Of a DNA stretch of 50,747 nucleotides, positions 1 to 9,705 are shown one piece after another. A program made the translations under genes and the position numbers. The notes under the pieces are model-generated. The model was not told the DNA's origin, searched no databases, and was given only the letters and a program-made list of their open reading frames with translations. Origin of the DNA: Anaerolineae bacterium (lineage in GTDB: Bacteria; Chloroflexota; Anaerolineae; Anaerolineales; UBA11858); contig JACNJM010000159.1 in NCBI GenBank assembly GCA_014382605.1, positions 1-50,747 on the forward strand. Reading direction: 5' to 3'. Position 1 is the first letter of the stretch. Every line of letters begins with the position of its first letter.

Positions 1-33
1 CTGCGTTCTTGGCGTTCTCTGCGGTGAAATTGC
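1..33. repeat. Octamer-arm palindromic repeat (family R), right arm only, truncated by the window edge
   Basis: CTGCGTTCTTGGCGTTCTCTGCGGTGAAATTGC. Confidence 0.5.
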
Positions 34-89
34 TTTTCTGTTTCGACTTTAAGAAAGCCCTGCCCATTAATTATATTTCGCTAGGCGCG

Positions 90-1526
90 CTACTCCGGCA
101 CTTTGATAAGCACAATAGTAGAAATCAAGAATAATGCCGCGTAGATGCCAAAAATCACCATATAGCCGAGTCCTGGCAGATGGGGGAAATGGATGGTGAA
201 ATAGTCGGCGATGGGGCCGCCAATATAGGCGCCGACCGCACCCGCACCCGCTCCGGCCAGGTTGGAGATGCCCAGGAATTTGCCAGCATCTTTCTTGGGG
301 ACGATGTCGGTTCCCAATGCCCAACTCGTTGCAAAGAACATCCCAATGCCTGCTCCAACGATGCTGCCGCCGATCATGATGACATTCAGCGTCGGGGAAA
401 GCAGCAAAATCACTGTGCCCACAGTTGCCAGAATTCCACTGAGGGCCACTAATTTTTTTCTGCCGACCTTATCGGTCAGCCATCCGCTGGGGAGTGCAAA
501 AACCAATATCAGCACCCCCACCACCAGTTTGAGTCTGGATGCCGGTCCGGCAGCAGCATCCCCCTCGAGGCTCAGTCGCCCCTGAAGAAAATATACTGCA
601 AATGCGGCCAGATTGTTAGCGCCCACCAGAAACGCCAGTCGATTAATAACCCACCAGGTAAATGCTGGATTTGTGCTCGCCGCTTGCCGCCCGATGCTGA
701 CCTGGATGCTCCCGTAAACGCCAAAAACAACCGCAATCAACATCCCAACCAGGCCAACCAGCCCCATCACAAACACTTGCGCGGGAAGAGCGGCGGCATC
801 AAACAGTTTGCCAACATACTGCACACCTTCACCCGACAACAAGATCACCACTAGAAACAGCAGGGTCATGGCGGCTAACCGTCCGAAGGATTTCCACTTC
901 AGCTGGGCTGGTTTTTCTGCCAAGGGTTGCTCGCGCACAAACATAGTGATGCCAGCGGTGAGCAGCAAGATAAGCGCTACCACAGCGATAGCACCCAGCA
1001 TATTACCAGCGGCAATCATGGGGCCAATCGTCAAAGCAATGATAATTACGGGCAGTAATTCCAGCACGGCTTTGATCCCCGAGAAGCGACCGCGGCGGTC
1101 TTCGGGAACGAGATCGGGGATGAGGCCTTGTTGCGCGCCATGCGAAAGATTGGAGGCGAATTGAACCAGTACCACTGCTGTAAACAGGAACCAATAGCCT
1201 GGCGAGGCGCTCATGGCAAAGAGAAAAATCACATTGAGCAACGCGCCGACGAGAATATAGGGTCGACGGCGACCCCATTTAGACATATTGCGATCCGAGA
1301 GCATTCCAGCGAGGGCCTGCACCAACAAGGCGGTCATCAGGGAATAGAGGCGCATATTGCCATAATAGGTTCCCTGCTGCTCCGGGCCGACAAAGCGCTG
1401 TACCAGCAAAGGCTGAATCAGACCATTGGCCTGGGATACCGCCATAATGCCGAGCCAGTAAATATTGATGGTGATGTAATCGTACCAACGGATGGGGCGG
1501 TTCAGAACAAGCTCCTCAATAACCAA
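90..1526 (-). CDS. MFS transporter
   Basis: 478-aa multi-span hydrophobic ORF with the MFS loop motif 'GMLSDRNMSKWGRRRP'. The start is TTG at 1526; the first ATG would truncate TM1. Confidence 0.8.
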   Translation of the reverse strand: MVIEELVLNRPIRWYDYITINIYWLGIMAVSQANGLIQPLLVQRFVGPEQQGTYYGNMRLYSLMTALLVQALAGMLSDRNMSKWGRRRPYILVGALLNVIFLFAMSASPGYWFLFTAVVLVQFASNLSHGAQQGLIPDLVPEDRRGRFSGIKAVLELLPVIIIALTIGPMIAAGNMLGAIAVVALILLLTAGITMFVREQPLAEKPAQLKWKSFGRLAAMTLLFLVVILLSGEGVQYVGKLFDAAALPAQVFVMGLVGLVGMLIAVVFGVYGSIQVSIGRQAASTNPAFTWWVINRLAFLVGANNLAAFAVYFLQGRLSLEGDAAAGPASRLKLVVGVLILVFALPSGWLTDKVGRKKLVALSGILATVGTVILLLSPTLNVIMIGGSIVGAGIGMFFATSWALGTDIVPKKDAGKFLGISNLAGAGAGAVGAYIGGPIADYFTIHFPHLPGLGYMVIFGIYAALFLISTIVLIKVPE

Positions 1527-1664
1527 TGGCGGGGGGGACGATCACGCAAAGCCGCCAAGACACAGAGAAATAATAGCGATTTCGTGCTCCGCTCGGAATG
1601 ACAGGATCGGTCAAACTACCATTGACCCGTACAAATATTCGCGCTCGCGAAAAGCCTTGTGCCG

Positions 1665-2873
1665 TTATATTTTTCGCGCCTTCAGATGAAAAACTTCATC
1701 CCCCGACAAATGGCCTTCTAACGGCGCAGCATCCAGCGCCATGACGCGGCTATTGGCAAAGAAAGGAAAATCAAAACTCGTTATATCACCAACGTGTTTC
1801 CCCGGAATTGGCATCAGGCGGGCGGTGAGGGGTTTGTTCAGACGTTGGGCCAGCGCCGCCAGATCGAGCAACACCGGAGCAAGTTGTTCGGCGGTGGCAT
1901 CGCCGGGCAAGGGGATTGTATCCAGGCCAGTGCCGCATACCGCTGAATAGAGCAACATATCTTTTAACGTCAGCACCCCCTGTTCGGCGCGGGCCGCCAG
2001 GATAAAGTCTTCCAGCACGGGCAACATCAGGCCGCTGAACCCGGCGCGCTGAAACTCGGCCTTATCAATCGTATCGGCTATAATCGCAGCGGCGGCCAGC
2101 GAGCCGTGCAGCCCCACCGCCGGAACACCCAGACGCTCAAAGGCCGTCCCCAGTGAGAGAGCTTCTTCAGGAAAAGGAGCCAGGGAGAAATCGATACCGC
2201 CAAAGGGCAGATTCAATGAACCCGCGATGGTTGTTAGCCGGGCGGCATGGGTTTCAAGAGCAGCAATTAAATTTTGGCGCGCATCAGCAAGACAACTGGC
2301 CTGGGTGAAGGCTTTTACAGCCAGATCGGCAGATTCGACGGCCAGGGCGAAGGCAGGCGCGTCACCGACATGATAGGCCGCCGGAAAAAAGGGAGCGCCG
2401 GGCGGTACATTTGCCAGAGCTGCAAAGTACAGGTTAGCAAACCCGTTGGGGTCTTGGGGAGCAAGGCGCTCGATAATCTCGGCGCAGGCGCGCACCGCAG
2501 GCAGCGAAACGCCGCCATCTGATGTACTCATCATCGCCGAGGCAAAAACATTCTCGGTGGCTGCCAGCACATCCGGAATCAGAGTGTAGGCGCGCAGATC
2601 ATCAGGCTGTGCCGGGCCAACGGCGATATAGTCAAAACCCAAGGGCGCGGCGGCGCGTTCCAATTGCTGTGCAAATTCAATCACCTCACCCACATCCAGA
2701 GCGGGCACTAATTCGTGGAAAGGCACCGTTGCCAGGCGTGCGGTTTGCACTTCATACCCAACATTGGCAAAAGCTTGCCGCGCCGCGGCAACAAAATTTC
2801 CGGCCTGGGCCAGTGCGTTTTCATTCAGCGGCCAGCGGGGATTGCAAAAATAAGTGATCGAGCGGATTTTCAT
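1665..2873 (-). CDS. DUF711 / UPF0210 family protein
   Basis: 402 aa. The N-terminus 'MKIRSITYF' and overall length are typical of the UPF0210 (PFL4-like) family. Confidence 0.75.
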   Translation of the reverse strand: MKIRSITYFCNPRWPLNENALAQAGNFVAAARQAFANVGYEVQTARLATVPFHELVPALDVGEVIEFAQQLERAAAPLGFDYIAVGPAQPDDLRAYTLIPDVLAATENVFASAMMSTSDGGVSLPAVRACAEIIERLAPQDPNGFANLYFAALANVPPGAPFFPAAYHVGDAPAFALAVESADLAVKAFTQASCLADARQNLIAALETHAARLTTIAGSLNLPFGGIDFSLAPFPEEALSLGTAFERLGVPAVGLHGSLAAAAIIADTIDKAEFQRAGFSGLMLPVLEDFILAARAEQGVLTLKDMLLYSAVCGTGLDTIPLPGDATAEQLAPVLLDLAALAQRLNKPLTARLMPIPGKHVGDITSFDFPFFANSRVMALDAAPLEGHLSGDEVFHLKARKI

Positions 2874-2900
2874 TTGGCCAGGATTGGATGGATAAAAAAG

Positions 2901-3674
2901 TCAGGCGCGTTGGCGGGCGACTTCAAAGAGCAGGATCGCCCCGGCAATGGCGGCATTGAGCGATTCGGCGCGGCCCAGCATGGGGATGTGTACCGGCTGC
3001 GGATTCACCGCCCAGGCCTGATCGCTGGCCCCGTGCGCCTCGCCTCCCAATATCAACCCCAGTGGACGCTCAAACGCGGCCCCGGTATAGGGCTGCCCCT
3101 CCGTGGAGTCGGCTAGAAACAAGATGAGGCCTGACGAAGCGGCGCGTTTTTGGACATCTTCCCAGGATACGGTTTCAATTGGCAGATGAAAATGTGCGCC
3201 CATTGCCGCGCGTAATACTTTTGGCGAGTAAGCGTCCACAACCCCCGGATGCAGCCACACGGCATCGGTTCCGGCAGCCAACGCTGTGCGCAGCAAGGTT
3301 CCCATATTCCCAGGGTCGCGCACGCCATCCAGAATCAAAATAAAATCAGCATCGATGGGGGCAGGCAGAGATTTCATCGACAAAACGGCTAAAATGCCCT
3401 GTGGAGACTGTGTATCACTGGCGTGCTGCATAACTCCAGGGCTAACCGGAATTATTTCCACGCCGCGCTGCTGATAGGCGGTGATGATATCATCGCCGCG
3501 CTCATCTAATCCGGGAGTATAGAGCACAAATTGGGTATGCCAATCTGCTGCTACTGCCTCTTCCACGAGGCGCACACCTTCGATAACAAAAGCTCCTGCT
3601 TCACGACGGCTGCGCGCACGCGCTTGTAAGGCTCGAATTAATTTGATTTTGGGGTTCGTGGTTGAAGTGAGCAT
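2901..3674 (-). CDS. TrmH/SpoU-family RNA 2'-O-methyltransferase (RlmB-like)
   Basis: 257 aa. SpoU motifs 'DPGNMGTLLRTA' and 'IPMLGRAESLNAAIAGAILLFE' are present. Confidence 0.85.
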   Translation of the reverse strand: MLTSTTNPKIKLIRALQARARSRREAGAFVIEGVRLVEEAVAADWHTQFVLYTPGLDERGDDIITAYQQRGVEIIPVSPGVMQHASDTQSPQGILAVLSMKSLPAPIDADFILILDGVRDPGNMGTLLRTALAAGTDAVWLHPGVVDAYSPKVLRAAMGAHFHLPIETVSWEDVQKRAASSGLILFLADSTEGQPYTGAAFERPLGLILGGEAHGASDQAWAVNPQPVHIPMLGRAESLNAAIAGAILLFEVARQRA

Positions 3675-3681
3675 GGGTGGG

Positions 3682-3710
3682 ATTGTAGCATCCCAAAACG
3701 GTTAATACAA
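3682..3710 (-). promoter_or_regulatory. Sigma70-type promoter for the TrmH-family gene, leaderless geometry
   Basis: Minus strand reads TTGTAT-17 nt-TACAAT-cccaccc-ATG(3674). Confidence 0.5.
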
Positions 3711-3741
3711 GAACCCCGGCGCTAAGGAGACACCGGGGTTC
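3711..3741 (-). terminator. Intrinsic terminator after rplT
   Basis: GAACCCCGG-13 nt-CCGGGGTTC followed by TTGTATT on the minus strand. Confidence 0.55.
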
Positions 3742-3763
3742 GAAAATATCTGCGACGTGGGGT

Positions 3764-4117
3764 TTATTGTGCGGCTTTGACCTGCTCAATAACCGCGGCA
3801 AAAGCCTGGGGGTCGCGCACAGCGAGGTCAGCCAACATTTTGCGGTTGATGGTGATATTGGCTTTCTTCATACCGTGGATCAGACGACTGTACGAAATAC
3901 CGTTCAGGCGCGAAGCGGCGTTGATACGCGCAATCCACAGACGGCGCAGATCGCGTTTGCGATTGCGGCGGTCGCGATAAGAATACCAGAGGCTTTTTAG
4001 CCGAGCTTCATTAGCGCGCCGAAAAAGGCGGCTGCGGGTTCCAAATTGTCCTTTGGTCAGTTTGAGGACTTTTTTATGTCGTCTTCGACGGGTATATCCA
4101 GTTTTTACACGAGCCAT
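3764..4117 (-). CDS. rplT: 50S ribosomal protein L20
   Basis: 117 aa starting '[23 protein letters not shown]'. It is the last gene of an infC-rpmI-rplT arrangement. Confidence 0.97.
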   Translation of the reverse strand: MARVKTGYTRRRRHKKVLKLTKGQFGTRSRLFRRANEARLKSLWYSYRDRRNRKRDLRRLWIARINAASRLNGISYSRLIHGMKKANITINRKMLADLAVRDPQAFAAVIEQVKAAQ

Positions 4118-4198
4118 GTTAATTCTCCTGCGTACTCCTGAGCGTCGGCAACTTTTTCTTGCTGCCCGTTATGAACACTCAACAGTCGCGTATTCATT

Positions 4199-4471
4199 CT
4201 ATTTATTGGTTTGACCGGTGCGAGCATTCGGGTTGGCCTTATATTTACTCAGATAAGGAGCCAAGCGGCGAACGCGCTGTGCAAGTTTTTTGCTTTCTAC
4301 AGGCTGCATGCGGGTAAATTCTGCCTTGGTGCGTTTCGACTTTCGCCGACGCAAATGGCTTTTGCCACCTTTGGTGCGCACGAGTTTACCAGAACCCGTA
4401 ACCCGAAAACGTTTTGAAGTTGCTTTGTGGGTCTTTAGCTTGTATTTCCCTTTTTTGGGTTTTCTAGCCAT
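4199..4471 (-). CDS. rpmI: 50S ribosomal protein L35 (with short N- and C-terminal extensions)
   Basis: Contains 'KTHKATSKRFRVTGSGK'. An SD GAGAGGAG lies upstream, and the gene sits between infC and rplT. Confidence 0.92.
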   Translation of the reverse strand: MARKPKKGKYKLKTHKATSKRFRVTGSGKLVRTKGGKSHLRRRKSKRTKAEFTRMQPVESKKLAQRVRRLAPYLSKYKANPNARTGQTNK

Positions 4472-4479
4472 AATTACAC

Positions 4480-4540
4480 TCCTCTCACAAAAACACCGCG
4501 GCGCAAGGTAAACTCGAGCTACCCGGCAGTTAACCGCGGA
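4480..4540 (-). terminator. Terminator/attenuator-like structure between infC and rpmI
   Basis: On the minus strand, CCGCGG...(nested GGTAG/TTACC stem)...CCGCGG is followed by TGTTTTTGTG, just upstream of the rpmI SD. Confidence 0.35.
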
Positions 4541-4585
4541 TAATTTGTAAAATAATTTCGTTCTTGCTAATTATTGCGTATTGTT

Positions 4586-5110
4586 TTATTTCTTGTCACT
4601 CTTCTCAGGAGCCAGAATCATAAGCATCGAGCGTCCTTCGCGCGAAGGCTGGTACTCCACAATGCTCACGTCCGATAGCTCTTCAGCAACTTCTCTTAAG
4701 GATTCCATCGCGATCTCAGGGTAATGGATTTCACGACCCCGGAACTGTATGCGCACCTTAACCTTATTGCCTTTTTCTAACCAGCGGCGAGCGTCGCGAA
4801 CTTTAAATTGCAAATGATGCTCACTGGTCTTGGGGCGCAAGCGAATTTCTTTGACTTCAATCTTAGCCTGAGCCTTGCGTGCATCCCGCTCTTTTTTCTT
4901 TCGCTGATAGATGAACTTACCCAAATCCATAATGCGGCACACAGGCGGGGTAGCATTGGGCGCAACCTCAACCAAATCGAGTTGCGCTTCCTCAGCCAAA
5001 CGCTGGGCCTCACTCAGGGATACTACACCATGGTTCTCGCCATCTGCTCCGATCAAACGGACTTCGCGGGAGCGAATTCTATGATTGGCACGATAATCTG
5101 GATCGCTTAT
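4586..5110 (-). CDS. infC: Translation initiation factor IF-3, predicted ATA (AUA) start
   Basis: The track ORF starts at an internal TTG (5056) inside the conserved 'REVRLIGADGE' block. The frame is open upstream only to a TAA at 5114-5116. The codon at 5108-5110 is ATA and is preceded by SD GAGGAG (5121-5126). This adds 'ISDPDYRANHRIRSREVRL', which matches IF-3 N-termini. Confidence 0.88.
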   Translation of the reverse strand: MSDPDYRANHRIRSREVRLIGADGENHGVVSLSEAQRLAEEAQLDLVEVAPNATPPVCRIMDLGKFIYQRKKKERDARKAQAKIEVKEIRLRPKTSEHHLQFKVRDARRWLEKGNKVKVRIQFRGREIHYPEIAMESLREVAEELSDVSIVEYQPSREGRSMLMILAPEKSDKK

Positions 5111-5170
5111 TGCTTACTTTCTCCTCTTCTCGACATTTCGAGAATTGCAAACTGTGATAAGACGGGCTGC

Positions 5171-5199
5171 ATCATACCAAAAGAACGGTAAATCGTCAA
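5171..5199 (-). promoter_or_regulatory. Sigma70-type promoter of the infC-rpmI-rplT operon
   Basis: Minus strand reads TTGACG-17 nt-TATGAT. This gives a leader of about 54 nt containing the hairpin TTCTCGA-aatg-TCGAGAA, which abuts SD GAGGAG. Confidence 0.55.
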
Positions 5200-5231
5200 C
5201 ATTCCATTCAACGCTTCTCGGAAATCGCAAC

Positions 5232-7130
5232 TCATTCTGTGCGTACAAAAATATGAATGGGAGAATTTGCACGGCAGGGAATCATCGGCGGCGTGGGTGA
5301 AGTTTCATCAAAGGCTCCGCTTTCCGCGAAACTTGTTGCGAAGCCACCATATTGCCGCGCTTCAATCAGGATCACATCGGCTTCTTGGAGCCACTTTTCA
5401 GCCAATTCCTCGTTCCACCAGCCGAAACGTTCCAACTCGTCGGCATCGCCGGACAAGCGGTAAGAATAACCATCGTTGATCTGCGCGGGGTAAATCTGCG
5501 CCTCGGGGATATAGAGCAGCGGCACTGCCGATAACCCGCCCCACCAATAAACTTTTGCACCCGCAGGCACAACTTCGGCCAAACGCGCTCCGCCTGCTTC
5601 ATAGGAAGCAATCACATCACCACCACAGTCGCGATCATAGGGTGTCAGGCCAACCAACAGGGTTATCAGCGTGCCTACAAGCAAAAGCGCGGTCAAACGC
5701 GCTACAACCGGAGAGATCGTTTCCCCCTGGAACAACCCCCGACCCAGTTTCTCGCCAAAGCGCCAAATCAGCCATCCAGCCAGCAATCCCAAGCTGACAA
5801 ACCCGACTATGCGCAACATATCAATCGCGTATTCCACCACCTGTGTTTCGCTGATGGCAAATTTATTGGCAAAATAGCCCCATAATTCGGTCGTCCCGGT
5901 CTGGATGCGGAAGGATTTGATACGCGGCACATCCACTTGCATGAGCCGGTAAACAAAACGATTCGAGATCAATTTGCTGCCAAAAATAGGGATCAGCCCG
6001 AAGCTGATCCCTGCCGAGAGGCAAAAGATCAATCCCGCGGGGAGCCAGCGCATCCGTGCGCCGCGCCACGAAGATGCGGCCACAATCACCAGCAATACGC
6101 CCAAGATGGCAAAAAACGATATATAGGCATCCAGGCAGTAGACGCAGTAATTTTTGCCCAACGAAGCCCAAGCATGGAAGGCCCATAAGAGCATAAACAG
6201 CGCCACAAGGAAGGTCGCCGCCCGCATTCGCCATGCCGATTTCCACTGGCTCTTGCGCGGCCACAAGATCAAAGTAGTCAATGCGCCCACAGTAGAAAAA
6301 TAGTGCAGGCGTATGGCCTGGAAGAAACTCAAAATGCGATCGCTAAAACTCGTCTCAGGTTGCCAGTTGGGAATCGCCGCGGGGCGCGCCCACGGTTCGA
6401 GAAACGGGAACAACCCCACAGGCAACCAAGAGGCCCACATGTGTAGAATCTCCGGCCAGAAGAAAGCGTGTCCACCCACAAAAGTCAGCATCCCGACGGC
6501 AAAACTCCACAGACCAACCCGCCAGCCGTTTTCCCATAGAATATAGAGAATTAACAGGGGTAACAGCGGAGCCATATTGATGCGTGTCAGCACCACCAAC
6601 ACAGCTAATGCGGTCCCCAGAAGCAATTGCCACAAACGGCGCTGATTGCCCAGGGTCAACACCAGCACCCAGACGAGCATACAGGCCACCAGACCTTGCG
6701 AAGCCATCACACTATAAACTTTAATCAACTGCACGTTGAACGCAAATAACCCCACTGCTCCTGCCGCCCACCAGCGCCCGCCAATGCGCCGCGCCAACCA
6801 CCAGATGCCCAGCAGCATTAGCAGGCCAAGAAAAACGGCAAAATAACGCCCGGTGCGCAGGCCAGGGCCAAAGATGCGCTGCACGATTCCCGGAATGAGG
6901 AACGAAAACGGCATGTGGTTGGTCCAAAAGCCATAATCCTGATAAGGCGTATAGCGTCCGATGGCAAAGAAATAGCCTTTGAGCAAATACGCGCCTTCAT
7001 CGAGAATCGATGTCTGCGTATGGGCATAAACCCAAATTTGCAGCGCAAAAAGCGCGGCTCCCAACCCTGCCAGCGTTTCAGCCAGCCAGGGGCTGGATAC
7101 CAAACGCTTCCATCGCACCGATGGGTTCAT
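5232..7130 (-). CDS. GT-C fold membrane glycosyltransferase (GT39/ArnT/PMT-like) with C-terminal extracytoplasmic domain
   Basis: More than 10 predicted TM segments, with an early-loop 'LDEGAYLLKG' (a DE motif as in PMT/ArnT). The ATG at 7130 lies 1 nt after the gmd stop codon; the longer track start overlaps gmd. Confidence 0.65.
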   Translation of the reverse strand: MNPSVRWKRLVSSPWLAETLAGLGAALFALQIWVYAHTQTSILDEGAYLLKGYFFAIGRYTPYQDYGFWTNHMPFSFLIPGIVQRIFGPGLRTGRYFAVFLGLLMLLGIWWLARRIGGRWWAAGAVGLFAFNVQLIKVYSVMASQGLVACMLVWVLVLTLGNQRRLWQLLLGTALAVLVVLTRINMAPLLPLLILYILWENGWRVGLWSFAVGMLTFVGGHAFFWPEILHMWASWLPVGLFPFLEPWARPAAIPNWQPETSFSDRILSFFQAIRLHYFSTVGALTTLILWPRKSQWKSAWRMRAATFLVALFMLLWAFHAWASLGKNYCVYCLDAYISFFAILGVLLVIVAASSWRGARMRWLPAGLIFCLSAGISFGLIPIFGSKLISNRFVYRLMQVDVPRIKSFRIQTGTTELWGYFANKFAISETQVVEYAIDMLRIVGFVSLGLLAGWLIWRFGEKLGRGLFQGETISPVVARLTALLLVGTLITLLVGLTPYDRDCGGDVIASYEAGGARLAEVVPAGAKVYWWGGLSAVPLLYIPEAQIYPAQINDGYSYRLSGDADELERFGWWNEELAEKWLQEADVILIEARQYGGFATSFAESGAFDETSPTPPMIPCRANSPIHIFVRTE

Positions 7131-7131
7131 C

Positions 7132-8112
<981 letters not shown>

Positions 8113-8208
8113 TTATGAACAAGCCCAAAAAGGTGGCAGCCCCCCATACGCACTCTTTTTGCGGGATTTTTTCTGCGAAGGCGTGAACCTGAGCAGTTAC
8201 TCTATTTT

Positions 8209-8231
8209 TATAATTCAATTTTTGAATTATA
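8209..8231. promoter_or_regulatory. AT-rich perfect palindrome overlapping the gmd -10 box (operator candidate)
   Basis: TATAATTCAA-TTT-TTGAATTATA. Confidence 0.35.
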
Positions 8232-8254
8232 GATGGCGTCAGACACAAGGTCAA
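8226..8254 (-). promoter_or_regulatory. Sigma70-type promoter upstream of gmd
   Basis: Minus strand reads TTGACC-17 nt-TATAAT. The -35 overlaps the stop of the upstream gene, and the -10 is half of the palindrome 8209-8231. Confidence 0.5.
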
Positions 8255-9660
8255 GGTACTACTGAACGATGCAAGCGCGCCCAATCCCAAATCCAGTATA
8301 AGACCGCGCTGGAAATTCCCAATCCAAAGGTTTTGAAAACATCGAGCACCACCCATTCGAGGAGAAGATAGCGGTGCAGATACCAGGGCAGGAACCAGGC
8401 CAAAACTAACCCAACACCAACCAACACACGGCGAAACCAGGGGTCAGGGGTCTGGCGCTGCTCCACCAGCAGCCAGGCCGCTAGAACAATCTGCATTCCG
8501 GCGAAAGCCGCCCGGTATCGGGGATTATCCCACTGGTCGCCACCGCTGCGGAAGGATGCCGAGAGAATCACCACCCATGAGGCCAGACTCAGGGATAGAA
8601 TCAGCCAGCGGCGGGGCTGGCGCAGGGCGCGCAATGGGGCGTAGATCAGCAGCGGCAGGAGCAGAGTCCAGCCGAGGGCGCGCCAGATAGCAATCCCGCG
8701 CCACAAAGGGTTGCCACCCGCAATTAGAGCGGCGGGCAAGAAGGGCTGCACCACTCCATAGACCAAAATCACCCAGGTATAAAACTCGTACGGCACATTT
8801 TTGAAAAGTTTTGTCATCCAGCCAGAAACTTGCGTGCTAGCAGTTTTCTGCCACAAGCTGGTGCGCTCAATCCAGTGTTGTAAATAGGCAAGTGGATTCT
8901 CAAACGAAGCATCCGCCAGGCGCGCGCCGAAGAACCACGCTCCGGCGATGCCCAAAATCAGCAGCGCTCCCAACGCGATCCACAAGCGCCGATCGCGCAG
9001 CCATTGGCCGCGCCACAAAGCCACTGCCAGCAGCAATAATATGAGTGTTAGCATCATCGTAAATGCCGGGGACAATGGAATACTGAGCAGTAGCGCGCCG
9101 AGTACCCATAAACTGTTACGCCAATTGTGTTCCTGGCGCACGCGTGTCAGGCCGTGCATTGCCGCGGTGGCGAGGGTGATCGTGAAGGCCTCGCGCATCT
9201 GCGAGCTACCGAGGAGCATGGCTTCGGGGTAGAAGGCCAACATCCAGACAGCCCATTTCGCCACGCGCTCATCCCACAGGCGGCGGGCAAAGGCCCAAAC
9301 AAAAAGCAACGAAAGCGAGGAAACCAGCGCTGCCAGCGCGATCATCAGCAGGGGTTGGTGAAGATTCCCGCCCAGATAGCGATACACCGCCGCGCTCAAA
9401 AAGAGCAGGCCGCCGTATTGGTCTACGGCGGCATAGCGCTCTGTAAAAGCATCTCCCAACGGTTCATCAGATTGGGCCAGTTCCCAGGCAGCGGTATCGC
9501 GCTCGTAGGCATCGGCCATGATATAACCGGCAACCTCTGAATCGCCGCCATAGCCCCAACGGGGTAGGGCTTGCTGCCAAAAGATTCCCAACCCGAAGCG
9601 CAGGAGGATGCTAAGAATCGTCAGGCGGATGAGCCAGGAGGGAAAGATGGATGATTTCAT
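8251..9660 (-). CDS. Polytopic membrane protein, GT-C-like (unassigned family)
   Basis: About 470 aa with many TM helices, located inside the glycan locus. Start taken as ATG 9660 (the track uses TTG 9681). Confidence 0.5.
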   Translation of the reverse strand: MKSSIFPSWLIRLTILSILLRFGLGIFWQQALPRWGYGGDSEVAGYIMADAYERDTAAWELAQSDEPLGDAFTERYAAVDQYGGLLFLSAAVYRYLGGNLHQPLLMIALAALVSSLSLLFVWAFARRLWDERVAKWAVWMLAFYPEAMLLGSSQMREAFTITLATAAMHGLTRVRQEHNWRNSLWVLGALLLSIPLSPAFTMMLTLILLLLAVALWRGQWLRDRRLWIALGALLILGIAGAWFFGARLADASFENPLAYLQHWIERTSLWQKTASTQVSGWMTKLFKNVPYEFYTWVILVYGVVQPFLPAALIAGGNPLWRGIAIWRALGWTLLLPLLIYAPLRALRQPRRWLILSLSLASWVVILSASFRSGGDQWDNPRYRAAFAGMQIVLAAWLLVEQRQTPDPWFRRVLVGVGLVLAWFLPWYLHRYLLLEWVVLDVFKTFGLGISSAVLYWIWDWARLHRSVVP

Positions 9661-9705
9661 ATAAGGTGGGTAGATTTGCAAATTGGCAAATTTACAGGAA
9701 AAAGG

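Noticed and set aside
3711-3741. GGGGTTCGAA, which resembles a tRNA T-arm.
   Set aside because: It is one arm of a simple 9-bp hairpin directly after rplT. No acceptor, D or anticodon arms can be drawn, so it is called a terminator.
4118-4198. Possible L20-binding pseudoknot in the rpmI-rplT spacer.
   Set aside because: Only weak, imperfect pairing (GGCAGCAA / TTGCCG) could be drawn by eye, and no support is available without covariance analysis.
8130-8190. Repeat-like fragments in the gmd leader (CGCACTCTTTTTGCGGG ... CTGCGAAGGCGTGAACC), and a degenerate copy at about 1540-1596.
   Set aside because: They contain family-R-type 8-mers, but the arms are not convincingly complementary. They were left out of the repeat list as too degenerate to call.
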